From Kudoa neothunni (lineage: Eukaryota; Animalia; Cnidaria), in NCBI GenBank assembly GCA_964304625.1, contig OZ199840.1, positions 1,962,532 to 2,026,531 of the forward strand: 64,000 nt of DNA, written 5' to 3'. The translations under genes were made by a program, and so were the position numbers. Below, piece by piece: positions 27,577-41,573 of the stretch. Under the pieces are notes generated by a model. That model worked only from the letters and a program-made list of their open reading frames with translations. It did not search any database and had not been told where the DNA came from. Numbering within the stretch: position 1 is the stretch's first letter; every line of letters starts with the position of its first letter.

Positions 27577-28507
27577 TAATTAATATTTAGTCAATTTATT
27601 GTTTTCACTTTTCCAATGTTCATTTAGTGAACTACCCCTAAATTCTATAAATCGAAGGGAAAGAAAATAGCCGGATGGAACTTGAGAAATATTATTCTAA
27701 ATAAATTCAACCATTCGTTTTATTTAAAAATATCTATTTTAAATTAGTCGTTGAATGACATTATTTTTTAAGCTTAATTCGTACTCTCTGTATTCCCCTG
27801 ATATTTGGTTTGGATACGTTATTTCTTCGGTGCATTTATTTGTCGATTACGTCGGAATGACTAGTTAATTTAATTTAATTTATAGTAAATATCATGATAC
27901 ATTTAAATTTTATTAAGAAAAAATTAATTATTTGACAAAAGTTACCGATGTACGTACAGTAATGGCTCGGTCGTACGTAATCCCCATGCGGATGGAGAAA
28001 CGGTACGCACTACGGGTCTCGGTCGGACAGTATGTATTTTATAACGCATGCAAAATATTAATGTAATAAATTGGCTATAACTCAAAAATTGCCGAAAAAG
28101 CAATTAATGTTTTGTTTAAAAATACGATTTGAATTGAATAAACATCCGAAATAGTGTCAGATATTAACTCCCACGTCTTTGAGTCATGATATTTAAAATA
28201 GTTTACAAACTCTTCTAAATAAATTAAGAACGCCTTTAAAAGATTGTAATTTTTATCAAAAAAAATCATCTTCCGTTTCTGAATATATGGGGAGGGGCTG
28301 TCATTACGCCATTGTTACTATCGTGGATTATGGAGGGCACCATTATAATTTATAAACCACATTACTATAAATTTACAACGTATGTCTGTGTTTATTCTTC
28401 ATTTTGTAACTAGCTGCCACATTTATGTAACTGTAAAAACTTATTAATTGTTTACATCTGGTATAAAAAAAAGAACACGCTTACTTTAATCACACGGTTA
28501 AAGCAAA

Positions 28508-31500
28508 GGAAATGACTATTGGCCCGGCAGATTAGCGTCGCATGCTCTATAAATTTACTTTAAATTGATATACAATTAAATTTAATGTTCCAAATAGCAT
28601 TTTAACGATAAATATATCTATCAATTAAGTTTCATTGAGGAAAATACTGAGCAACCTATTAGGACACAGATAGAATCAAGATTTGCATTATTACATTCGT
28701 AAAAAAATGACTCTCTTACATAAACTAATATATTTATGGATCATTGGATTAATGAGGCTTTTTTTTTCTATAAAAATATTAACATCATATTTTCATTTAT
28801 GTTGACTTAACTATGTACTACGTTTACCCTTTAAATGCATCTAAAAATAAGTGTTGAGATATATTTTATTCTATTTGAGAAAATATTTAATAATTAATTA
28901 TATAAGTCTGATAATCTATTGATATTCAATCTCTATAAATTGATTCGTACTAATAAATTAGTCTACGTAATGTATAACAAACAAAAATTCATTTAATCAA
29001 GCGGTAAAACAATTTGACGGAATTTATATCGAAGTTTTATCTAAATTATGTTTGCTATTTAAATAAATTAAACTTTTGACGTTGTTTCGAGTAAGTAAAT
29101 ATCTCCGTCCGAGTTCGAAAAAATATTAATTATATTGGTATATTCTTAAACATGAAACTTATTTAATGTTGGTTATATATAAGACATTACAATCATCGCC
29201 ATCATGATTTTAAATATATATCATAATTGCAAAAATTGATTAAAATTATAGAATTTAATTTTAAAAAGAAGCTTTTGAACAAATCAATCTTATAATAGCC
29301 AGTGCTGCTTACAAAAGAAATAATACTTATTCTATTATTCACGTAATTAGAAATATTAAAAATATAATTTCGTTTGATGTTATTCTTATTTGTAATAAAA
29401 AAATTTTTATCAGGAAAAATTGTAAATAATCTTGAAAATAATTCAAATAACACTATAGTTTTGTTGGAAAAATATTTTTGTTCGGTTTTACAACTTTAAT
29501 TTGTTCTTGAATAACTTTTTGCATTCGTTGCAACAATAGTACTTAGAATATGGGCTAGCATTGATATTTTGATATTTGGAATGACTCCATTCTAAGCATA
29601 TATCACAATCTATAGGTGATTCCATGCTCCCAATCGTGTTTTTACAGATACTACACATATAGCAAACAGTTTTTTTGTTTTTATAGTCGTTTTAATATTA
29701 TAAATGGCATTGTCAGTAAAATAAGGAAATATTTTATCAATTTTACCCTTTGGTCAAGAATTGAGTCACCTACGTTATCGGAAAAAATCTCAACATCCTT
29801 TTCATTGATTTTTTCTTTATTAGCTATAGCTTTTCTCTCTATATTTTTATTAACGAATCAACACAGCATAACGATCATTGATTTCAAAAATTTATAATTT
29901 ACTCGAAAATTTTTTGCATTTTAGTTAAATTTACGAACGAATTCGTTTGGACTTTAGATCTTTTTTACCAATTACAGTTGTAGATGAAACTTTAGGGCGG
30001 CCTTTGTATTTAATTTTTGAAGGCAAAATTAATTCAATATTTTTTATCAAAAATATAATTAACTGTTGTATTATTTGAAATTTTATTATCCTCATCAGAT
30101 ATCTCAATTGATTTTTCACCATTATTGTATTTTTCTCTATAATTAGAATAAATATTTAAACAGGGATTCCATTTGATTCTTGTTGTCTTTCGTTTATAGG
30201 ACAATGATTTAATTCTGAATCTAAAAAGATCAAAATTAAGATTACATTATATTATATTATATTGTATAGATAAACACTTTTAGATACAGTGATGTTTTCT
30301 AGCGATAGAAGAACTTTAGAATGTTCATTTGAAACCATTTGAAATGGTTATTTGGCCAAATAATTATAATACCCGGTTATATCAGGATCTTGGAATTTTT
30401 GAGGTGTCTTTAAAATTTCTTGAACTGCTTTATTATCATTCTCCATTGTTGAAGTATTTGTGTAAAGCAGAAACTTCTTGAAAAATTCTTCAAAAGAGGA
30501 AAATAATGGAATCGCTTGTTTCATATTGGAATTGACACTTTCATTTCTATTATTGGCAAAATTTAAGAACATTCCATCGTATCTCCGTAAACCAATGACC
30601 CATTCATCTTTGATGGTATACCAATTATTCTTAAAATAACGACAATCGTTTTGTCCTACGTTATCCTTCAATTGTTTTTTTTTCCAGATTTATTTTCTTC
30701 AACGTTTTTGGCATATGAGATTTTTTGAAGATTGAGGAGAGAAATTTCTTTTTCCTTAGAATTAATGTTCATTTTCTTGACTTATATTTCACGATTAAAT
30801 ACCTTTAAGATATGGTAGAGACATAGTAGAATGTTAACATTTTGAAAAATATGTTTTAAAACTTTTCGCTTCACCATGTCTTTATCTGCCATAAAAATTT
30901 TAGTCTCGTTTTCTGACTGTGTTATGCTTTTTAATTGTTTGAAAAAACCATGGCAGTATTTCCTCAGTTTCTTCAATTAGGATTCCTGTTGCCACAATCT
31001 CGCTCACTCCATTTCCATCTATTACCACAAGAAAATAAACTGGAGCCCTACAATCTAATAATTTATTTGTGGCGGCAATAAATATTATTTAGGGGTTAGC
31101 TTTCAGGCGTTTTTTTCATGTCCAAATCATGATAAAATAGGCCCCTAAAATTATTTTCTCCTTCTAACACTTCAATAAACACCTGGTTTATTTTTTAGAG
31201 TTAACAAAAAATCAAATGTAGTTGAATTGAATTGAATTGAATATTTATTGTTTCTTAGCTTTTTCAATGAAACGTATTTCCCTTCTTCCTACAAATTTTT
31301 TCTTGGATAGCGTTTGAATTACCGTCGACTTCAACAAGTTGCATAATATATGTAATCTCCTCATCATTAAGTTTCTTTGTCTTTGACGAAAACTTTTTGT
31401 GGTAAACTAAGAGATTCGTGATTGTGTGATAATTTAAGGGATTTTAACACAAGTTTTTTCCCGTCGGTGTCAATTAGAAACCTTACAAACAATGGGCATC

Positions 31501-32227
31501 CCTTATAATATGAGTTCGTATTTCGTTGACCAGTTGATCGCTTTCACTAAAGTAATAAAACCAATAAGTAACTTGAAAACTAAATAAAAATATTTCTATA
31601 GACAAAACAGTAATTAACCTTAAATGAAAAAATATTAAATTTAAAAAAACAATATGCCTTTTTTCCACCGTGAATATAACAATATTTTAAGTTATAATAT
31701 ATTAATAATGGCTTTAATGCTCGATCGCATCGTTTTGGGCACTCTCAATGATTTTGCAATCTAGTTTGGACATTGTATATTTATTGCGTAATTCCAACTG
31801 TTCAATTTTCAACTTTAACTCTTCAGAGCTACTAATCGTATTACCAACGTTAAAAAACTATTCTCGTTAGTGTTAACATCAAGGTTGCTTCCACCACTTT
31901 CGTTGCTGTCCATTGCCTATGAATAACCACGCTACATGAAATACAAGGTTCACAAAATTTAACTCCACTGCTTAATTTATATACTATCACCATATCAATT
32001 TATTCAAAATTTCCGCGATAAAATATAAATAAAATAAATAATATTGAAAATAGATAATCACGCTGTACCGATAACAATTCCAAACTGGAGCGACTCAAAT
32101 GTTAAAAATATGCTTGTAAACGTTGTAATTTAATATTTAGGAAATAAAACTCCTAATTTTACCTTTTTATGTTTACAAAATCGCGAAACGCTCGTGTAGC
32201 TGATCTGCCAGGACAATAGTCACTGCC
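28508..32227 (-). mobile_element. Full-length but decayed Mutator-like (MULE) DNA transposon
   Basis: Imperfect TIRs ggaaatgactattggcccggcagattagc and (reverse complement) ggcagtgactattgtcctggcagatcagc match at 24/29. They enclose MULE transposase fragments. No clear TSD. Confidence 0.8.
29200..31913 (-). pseudogene. MULE (ZSWIM3-like) transposase pseudogene
   Basis: Fragments VVIDGNGVSEIVA, IFMADKDM..LLCLYH, YFKNNW..EWV..NNRNESVN and KGRPK, interrupted by several frameshifts and stops. Confidence 0.85.
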
Positions 32228-34257
32228 ATTTTGATTTTGGACGATTACTCAATTTTAAAATTAATTACAATTAAAAAATAATTACTTAATATTTTTGTTT
32301 TTAGTTATTTAATATATATAAATAAAAAGATAATTCAATAAAATAAATTAAAAATCGTCATGTTTGAATTTTGGAACAAATATTGTTATAAAATTTTTTT
32401 AATCATGAGTAAACTACCCAAAAAAATTTATAAACTAAAACTCACAAAAAGGAATACCATCATATAATTAAAACATTTTTACTTTAATTTTGAATAGAAT
32501 AAATCAGATAGTTCTGTTTTTAAAATACGAAGTCACAAGATTGAATATTTACAAACTTATTATTATCAGCTACAAACAAATATAAAATCAGTGAACAATT
32601 AACCACTTTGAATTTGTTAAAATTATAGAGAAATAATAATTTTTTCGATGTATCTATCGACAACATGGAGATTCCACGTGAATCAGAATGTGCTCGATTA
32701 AGATTTATTTCCGGTTTATAGGTTAATTCTTTTGGAGCTGAATTTAACTATATAATGCAATTTTTTGTTATAAGTTCAAAAATGAAAAAACTTTTGAAAA
32801 AGGAGTGAAGTAAGAGGCCGAATTGTATGAAACGACTTTATTTCCGAGTTTTTATGTGACACCGCACGAAGTTCTACACAGATACTTTAGTATTGTAGTT
32901 TAGCCGACATTTTAAAAAAATTAAAACAGTTTATTCCAAAAAATACTGCAATTCTGAATTTTGATAAGAAAATTTCTCCTAAAATTGATTACAAAATTCC
33001 ACTGTGAACGATTCGCACAATCTTGTTAATACATTGACATAATCTCTTCGAACTAGAGGATAATTCCTATACCATCTATTCTTTGAAGACCTAATTGTAT
33101 ATGATACTAAAAAATATCTAAGGAATGGTGATTATTGCCCCATCGTTTTTAATTTCTATTATCAAATCAATTAAACCCAACCAGATTAAAAATTAGAGTT
33201 AATTTGATTGATTAAGTTTAAATTATTAAGAATGTTCTACTATTAGAAGCATAGGAATAAAATAAGCATTAAAACATGTCATAACGATTTATACGTTTTA
33301 CATTCATAATATTGTTATATTAATGTGCCGATTTTCTTTTTTGTTTCAATTAAAATAAAAATAATATGGGGATTAAATGGGGATTTTTAATCAAAACTCA
33401 TCTACGAAAGTAATGCGTAGATAGTCTTCAACAATTCAACATAATTTCGAAAGCGCCTTCGAATGTTGGAGGACACTGCGGGCCGTACTTTGGAGACCCC
33501 TTCTCTAGGTGATAGACTCAAGGTCAACTACGCTGAATAAGATGGATATTATGCGGCTAATTTGATGATTAAAATTTTTTTATTGTTCATTATTAGGAAA
33601 TAATATTTTTTAACTCTACAGAAATTCTTTCTAGAATCGATCACGCAAGATTTAATTAGATTTGATTATTTTGAATTATCCCGGTTTAACTAGATAATCC
33701 TTTTCAGAATTATCTTTTATGTAGTTCGTCAATAAAGCCACATTTAATGTATTGTAGAAATATTTTTCTAATATCATTTTTTGCTAATAGAGCATTGATA
33801 TAATAAATGAGTAATCGTACAAACGTACATTCTACAATTTTAATCTCCCACGCGTTATTTTATGACTTAATATCTAAAATTATTGAATTTTAACAAAAAG
33901 CGTCCGGATTGATCCATTTTAGATAGTTTAACTCAGAATTATTTGATATTTTAGTAATTGTTCCCTTGGTAAGGATAATGTAATAGAATTTGTTTTATTT
34001 CAGTAAAGGGGTTATTAACAGGTATCAAAAGTGATATTGAATTGATATAAGTCGATGATTTTTATTTGTTTTGCATGTTTTATAAACTATGAATGATAGA
34101 AATATACGACAATAATTCTGAAGGTCATAAAATCCAACACAAACTTTCTTGATTCAAGGTTTGTTTATAATTATTTGAATATTTCTAAAAGTAAGTAAGC
34201 AGCTTATGCTATCACACATAATAAATAAAACAAAAAGTAGCTTAGGTATAATAAAAA

Positions 34258-35306
34258 ATGGTAAAGTTTAACGCTGACTCAGTTTATTCGATTTCCAGTC
34301 TTAGCGTGCAAATATATCTATCCATATTGATAGTGTTACTTATAGCAAAAGTGTCACTATGCTCATATATGATATATTATATTGTGAAAAGAGGCCACGT
34401 TTCCAATCCAATCTATGCGTCTAATTTTGGAATCTATTTGATGACTTATTCTAGCCTGATAGTTTTGCCTTTCCATATTTATGGCGAATTTTTTGACAAA
34501 TCCTATGGCGGCCTTATTGGTTGCAGAATAGCTGTCTATGCAACCAACATAAACCTCTATGTGAATACAGCCCTCATTAATTTACTGGCAATATTCCGAT
34601 ATTTTTCAATGTGCAAACTAAAAATATATCAAGGAATAATAGCCCATTCCAAAATTATATTTTTTACAATTAGTATTCTTACTAATGTTCTGGCAATTTG
34701 TCATGTTTTTATGCATACCATACAAAATGTTAGTGGGAAGAAAGTAATATTTTTATAACCATACTATAACGTGATAAGATTTTTTTATAAATATGGCTCC
34801 AGGTTTGTGATATTCACGCTTCAAAGCATGTTGTGGGAAAAATATTGATAGCAACGCAATTTACTTTAACTTACTTGTGTACAATTGCAATAGTGACATT
34901 TACCCAAATAAAGATATATAAACAATACAAGCTACTCAAACTATTGAATGCTAAAAGATACAGTGCTGGTGCTCAATCATATAAAAATATTTCTGTAATT
35001 GTTTCTAAATTTTTCATTCAATAAATACTATAGCACAACCTAATGGATAGAAGAAAAAAACCTCCCAAAAAACATACTCAATTTGATAATGTATTCTTTT
35101 ATTTGGTTTCAAATGCAATTATGTTTGTTGTAATGTATTCGCCATACTTGGTCATACAACTGATGCAAGTGAACTCCTATATAATCAATGTTCATGTACA
35201 AAGATACTCCTTTGCTTGTATGATGTGGTTTCCTCTATCTTATGCAATCCTAAATATTATATTTGATGAGGAATTACGACATACATTGAAAACACCGTTC
35301 CGTTAA
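34258..35306 (+). CDS. Divergent rhodopsin-class (class A) GPCR, 3 exons
   Basis: Seven hydrophobic helices, TM2 LPF, TM3 GC...LLAIFRY (DRY variant), ECL2 Cys (VCDI), TM6 FVVMYSPY and helix 8 EELR. Confidence 0.8.
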
Positions 35307-35939
35307 TCAAGTATAATTTCAGTTAATGTATATATAATTTTTTATATATTTCGATATTAAATCTAATGCTTTAGAATTGATGTGGAGTCTCATAGTCCTA
35401 CTCATTTGATATCTATTTTCAGACTTAAGATACATAATTTAAAAAATATGTTCCTAAATTATTTGTTTTTTCCTTGTTCCAGCATTTTGAATATCAATAT
35501 AAATCTTAGTAATTATGATTATCATGTGTTGATGAAATATGAACTTATTCATTTTTTCTGAATTTTCATTGCGCATTATTTATGTTTGAGAAAAGGTTGC
35601 ACGATATCAAATATAACATAATACGATATTCTCATAAAATCTAAATCATTTTTAATAAATATTATGGGATGTGTTTAAGATTTTAATTATATATATAAAT
35701 TATAAGGTTTTGCCGCATCAACCCTGTTCCAACGAAGAGAAGTTTATTAAAAATTTCCTCGTTTAAACATTAAAATTCAGTTCAATATTTTGTAAAATTT
35801 ATTATTATTATTGATGATGAAATATTAGTTCTCATATTATGATGAATCGGTTTAATTAACTCTAAAAGCCAATGTATCCCAAACCCTTTTTAGCCCTGGC
35901 CCATATTTGTTTCAAAAAATATCCTGTGACACACGTTAA

Positions 35940-36862
35940 CCCTCTAAATAAAATGGGTAGATTTTTATTTAGGGGAATTTTTCCAACATTATAGTATATA
36001 AATGGAACGTAACTCCTCTTCACTTTTCGTAACCTTATATCTTTATCGAAGCTTTAAGAAACATGAATTGAATTTTTTTTTCTCATATATCAAAAAAGTT
36101 AATGTAAAAACACCTTCCAAATAAAATTATTTAAAATATTAATACATGTGATTGTTAAAAATTTACGGAAATTCTATCGAGTAAATAATGAATAAATAAC
36201 GAAATACTATACATGTGATGCCAATGCGCATGCGTAGTATCGATTTGAGCATGTCGTTCTCTCCAAAATACATCGATAGCCGCTCATTCTCTCACTATTT
36301 TTATACCAGTTATTCAAAATACGATGACATTTCATCAGTTTTCTTATTTCTACGGTGTAGGGAGCATTCGAAAACATATGTGAAAACTGTTAATCAATAT
36401 TCTTAGTCACGTATTATTGAGGGCATTAAAAAACGTGATATAATTGTTCAATATTTTGAAAGGTTTTGTGTTTTAGAAAGGGTTTAAAAACATATATAAT
36501 GACTTTTTTTGTGAAATAAACACTATTTCCCATCATTTTGCGTTTTTTTTGTGCAATATTACATTGCGTCGTTTATAACAAGATAATTAATTTACAGCTG
36601 TTTTGACAATTGAATTAAATGGTGACACTAAAAAACCGCCAAAATACACCTATAAACACAGTCATACTCCATAGAAATATAACAATATAAATAAATTTGT
36701 GCGCATGCGTGTATCGAATATAACTTTAATAATTGGTCATTTATTCAAAATTTACCCTATGAATTTTCCTCATATTTTATCAATAAATGCTAAACTTTAT
36801 TTGAGACAACTCTATCAAATAAAAAAGTGATGTAGATTTCTACCCCATTTTTATTTGGAGGG
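35940..36862. mobile_element. piggyBac-like MITE; an inverted fragment of the same family lies at about 49520-49725
   Basis: TTAA|ccctctaaataaaatgggtaga ... tctaccccatttttatttggaggg. Internal strings (aaattctatcgagtaaata; ttaatg.aaaaaca.c.tccaaataaaa) recur in reverse at 49565-49720. Confidence 0.7.
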
Positions 36863-37239
36863 TGTAAACGTTTCAGCTACTTAGAAGGTTAATATCGTAA
36901 ATGTTGAATCAAATTAAACGTTAACAATTTGGATATTTTAGTAATATTTATATCCGGTATTATATATAATAAAGTTGCTATAATGCTTGAAACCGTATAC
37001 GTTTACAATAATTATTTTTAATTTATTAATTTAAAAATTTTATTTAGCATTAATTTTACTTGGGTTTTTCAAGTGTGACGAGAGCTCTGAAACGACCGTT
37101 TCGCCAACACATTTAGTAATCTGGTCATTGTTTCTTCCAAAATGGACAAAAAATTGAATGCATAATTGATATGAGGGTCAGTTAAAAGAAAAAATTGAAT
37201 GCATAAACCACAAGTTTCGAGGGAATATACTGCGTAAAG

Positions 37240-37900
37240 GGACATCTGCCTCTCAATGAAACTAATTATTTCTCAACAATAAGATGAGCAGAGGAAATTA
37301 GACACATCGACAAAATACTTTTCCACCTATTGAAAACTTCGGTTATTCGGTTATCGGGAAAAAATTTTCGACCTCTCATCGCAAACTCTTGCTACGTAGT
37401 CATCATAGTGTACATTTCTGTTTATTTGGATGAATCTATAAAGCAACATGATTCTAAGAGGTATGATGTCCTTTATTCAACTCCACAATTGCATAAGAGA
37501 CTCCATTTAATACTTGGAGATTGACATATATTTAAGAATTCCTATGTATGGTTTACATTTCGCTATATTTAGATTTTCCATTTTCATCCATAATGAAAAG
37601 CACCAGATTTATTAGTGTGAGTAATGGCAGGATTGAAAAATTCATCATAACAAAATAGAAAAACTATCCTATAACTTACAAACTCGGGATTTTACAAATA
37701 TAGTCAGACCTAGAGGCTTGTTTAAGATGTTTTTTTTTCTAGATTTTTGTAGTTGAAGGCCCAAATGAAGACCATAACACATTGTTTTTGTCCCTATGCG
37801 TGTTTGTGATGCCATAATCAACTGAATTATCTGACGAGATGTAAAGAAACATTCTTCAATAACATCTTCAATTTTACTGCAATCAGAACCATAACTTGTT
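37240..37900 (+). pseudogene. hAT-like transposase remnant
   Basis: YISVYLDES...RYDV and VEGPNE resemble the hAT DES and DGPNVN motifs. Heavily interrupted. Confidence 0.4.
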
Positions 37901-40900
37901 AGAAAACCGTCATGTAACTATCCCCTTTTTAAAGACCGGCAAAAATCGGGATCCTTCGACCATCATCGAGAAAATAAACCTTTATTTTTCTCAATATTTA
38001 TAGGATGCAACCTTCCAAAATTAAAATATTTTATTTTTTGTAATTTTATAAAAGTTTTTATGAAATAAAAATATGGGGTTCTCCGAGATCCCAAAAATGC
38101 CTAGAGAGTTAAAATAATATACATAAGAACCATAAAAATCAAATTTTTAACGTTCAACCCCAAGTTTCGATAAATTTTTTTAAAACTATTTTTTTTCCAT
38201 TGAAAATACATACGATTGAAAACTATATTTAAATTTGGCATATTAATATATTCTTGTGTAAAAATTAAAAAATATTTAATTTTTTTATTTTTAAATAAAG
38301 AAATGTGATGAGACAATAATCCAAATATTATTATTGGAGATTTCAATGGAAATGAAAAACATGTCGACAATGACTTAGAATATAAGATCGTTATTCAAAT
38401 GAATCATCTTACGGTGACTTGTCGAAATACCCAAATTTAAGATGTTCAAATATAAAGAATGATGTGAAATTAGAGGAGATATCAATTAATTAATCCGGGT
38501 TTCAACGGTAATGTAGCTGAAATCAAGAAAAGAACGTGATTCCGCAATCCTGTCTTCGTTAAGCCTGGTGGCATAGATTATTCATAAAATAATTCATCTA
38601 TTTTCATATAAATTCGTAACTTTGTCATCTTTTAATGTAATATATTTATATTCTTAAGCTGTAATTAGGTTGTCGGCATTTTTATTTATTTTAAACTAAT
38701 CTATATCCTTAAAAATAAAATCACGATGTGGTTTAAATTTGTCTTCTGTCTAAAATTGAAACCCATCATTTAATTGTATATTCTTTATTATGTTACATTT
38801 TAAGTTGTATGTTCGAACTTATACCTAGCCTCTGATATGAATTTTACCTAGATTTTCTTTAAAAATGTTTATACAACAAAAATCAGAGCGACCATTTATG
38901 CACTTAATTAAATGAATGTCAATTTTAACAGAATAATTAGTTATTTTTATTCAGGTACACTAAGGAGGCAGCTGTTTTGAATTTTCTGAATTATTCATAC
39001 CTCAGTGCCTCAATGTTTAAATTAAAATCTGACTAAATATAGAATAAGGAATTCGCTAGGTTTTTCCGCACAAGATAATATATAAGGTAGGCTTCTCGTT
39101 TTTATCGTATGTAAATACAATGTATCGGAATTCCCTGAACCCCCAAACGATTTGCAAGTATCATTTACCAATAATGTGCCACGCTTTGAATTACTTATCA
39201 AAAACCGACGAGACCGAGAAAGCCTCCAGATAAATTAAATACCAAATAATAATTTTGTTTTAAGTAATAAGTTTTTTGTGAACTATATGGATTAGTTACG
39301 ATTATTTGGAATATTTAAATTGCTCCTTTAAATACAAAAATTAATTTCAGCCACCATAATTTTCATTAGTATAAAACAGTATTACTTTTATATAAATTCG
39401 TTGCTTCTAATATTTCTAAATAATCATAATACCATTTTTTAATTAGATATGTATATTACTTTACATAAAAATGGTATGTTTAAGCAGGAATTAATAATAG
39501 CTTCAATCGTTGAGTGTTGTTAAGTCATGAGGCAGAAAAAGATATTTTTTCTTTTTCAATTGTGTGTAGAAAATTGAGATAACCAATAATATTTTGTTTT
39601 AATGCATTTCAAAGATAATTCGGGAAATTAGCAAGTTAAAATATCATTTAAATAAAAATAAGTATAATTTAATAACGTGTTTTTACTGGTGTTATTATTT
39701 CTGCATTTAAATAATAGATAAAACTAAGTCTTCAACTTCACATGGAGGAGGGGTTGCGAAGTGAGCGGGGAAATTAGCATGGGGTACGAGTGTAAAATTT
39801 GTAGGGAAACATTGAGTTAGATCAACCCCTTTAACACTATAGGCACCGCATGATTAGTAATATCTACTACTCACTCGTCCCTTATCTTTCCGTGGTGACG
39901 TGAGAGTATGAGCCACCAAACCATATTGTTTACGAAGAAACCACAACCCTAACCATATAAAATTGTATCCATAAGGATTTTGGCTCTCCAAAGATTTCAA
40001 ACCTGTTGGTGAGTATCCAGCGATTCAGCCGTCAATTCAATCTTCTCTGCTATCTGCTAGATCGACCAATAACTGCACGCGAAATGGCACTTATTATAAT
40101 GCAATTGTATTCTAACAACAGTCCCCCCATTATGAGATAGCGACATACGCGTACGGAAACAGTAGATTAATCAGTAGTGGGAATAGAACCCAGTTACCAC
40201 ATCACTAGGTTGGATATTTTTGGCTGATCAGAAAGAATTTCAAATTACACGCAAAAGCAAGAGCAACTAAATATCAATATAGAAACACGAATGCAATCGT
40301 AATGGATGAACCAATATCCATTCTTGGTGCCAGTATAACGTCTTATCGTTATAATAACTTTAAATGAGTGGTGCACAAATATTTAGACCATGAACCAAAT
40401 TTCTGCTTTTAATAACTGCAAGGGCCCAGTATAATTAGGAATGTAGTTTACGTACCTCTGCAACAGATATTATTGACCATTTCAAACAGATGTCTATCCG
40501 TGGTTTCATAGTTCATAGTTCATTTTAAGTTTTTCTATTTTTCTTGTATAACATTTGCGGGAACATTTTTATTTTTACACACAATAAATATTTTTTATTT
40601 CGATTCATTTATAGAACGCATTAAAGGGTTGGTCTTATTTTAACTAAATTAAAACATTGAATTAGTGTGATTATAGTAATTTTTCATGTATACATTCGCC
40701 CATTGTCCGACAATTTTCTCCTTGTACGCACTCAAAAGAATGAACAATTAAACCAGATACAAGAACTTCGATCTACGAAGCATCGTTTGTATATCAAATG
40801 ATTAATAGGTTAATCAGGGATAAATCGAATTTCATATTTAGAAAGTTTATTTTTGATGTTACATAATTAAGATAGAGCACTTAACAAAAAATCTCAAAAA

Positions 40901-41573
40901 TTATTTTTAGTATACTCATTAATTGTTTGCGATGTTTTCAATATCTCGATAAACCTTTAAGAGATTTAAAAAAATTATTCTCTTTTAAAAATTTCCCATT
41001 AATTTAATCTTAGTTTTCATCCTTAACCGTTGTTTGCGCAGCATCAATCTTAAATTTGAGTATTCTTAATAATTATTTTATAATTAAAGAAATTAAATCA
41101 ATAATTTACGCAGTATAACAATGCTTTTAAATTAGAAATTTACTAAAATATTAGATTAAATTTATTCCAATGTTTTAACGTTAATATACTATATACGTTG
41201 GAACAAAACAGGAGCGGAATATTAATTTTAACTGAGAAACTGAATTATTGTTGTCTTTCATGAGAATAATTAAAATTATAGGGAAAATTCTGTTTCAATA
41301 ACGAATACTTTCATGTTTATTATATATTTATATTTTAAATGGTGACACTGATTTTTATCATTACATCAAAGTTAATAATAAGGAAAAGTTCCGGTTTTCA
41401 AATATGATTATTAATTTATAAACAAAAATAAACTGTAAATACTAAAAAAATTGGTTAATCCATTTCAGATTAACTCGATATACCCATAAATAACCAATTA
41501 TTAACAATGTACAATATATCTACTTGTGTAAACAAACACTGTACATAGCAAATAGATAAATAGATTTCCACCC

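Noticed and set aside
35150-35306. Opsin identity for the class A GPCR
   Set aside because: There is no retinal-binding Lys in TM7.
37072-37110. Hammerhead-like tgacga-gagctc-tgaaac-gacc-gtttc
   Set aside because: The conserved C3 is absent, there is an extra U before GAAA, and no stem I forms.
39944-39954. CAACCCTAACC as a telomerase RNA template
   Set aside because: A short match expected by chance, with no visible pseudoknot or H/ACA context. It lies in what looks like a decayed transposon (about 39824-40631).
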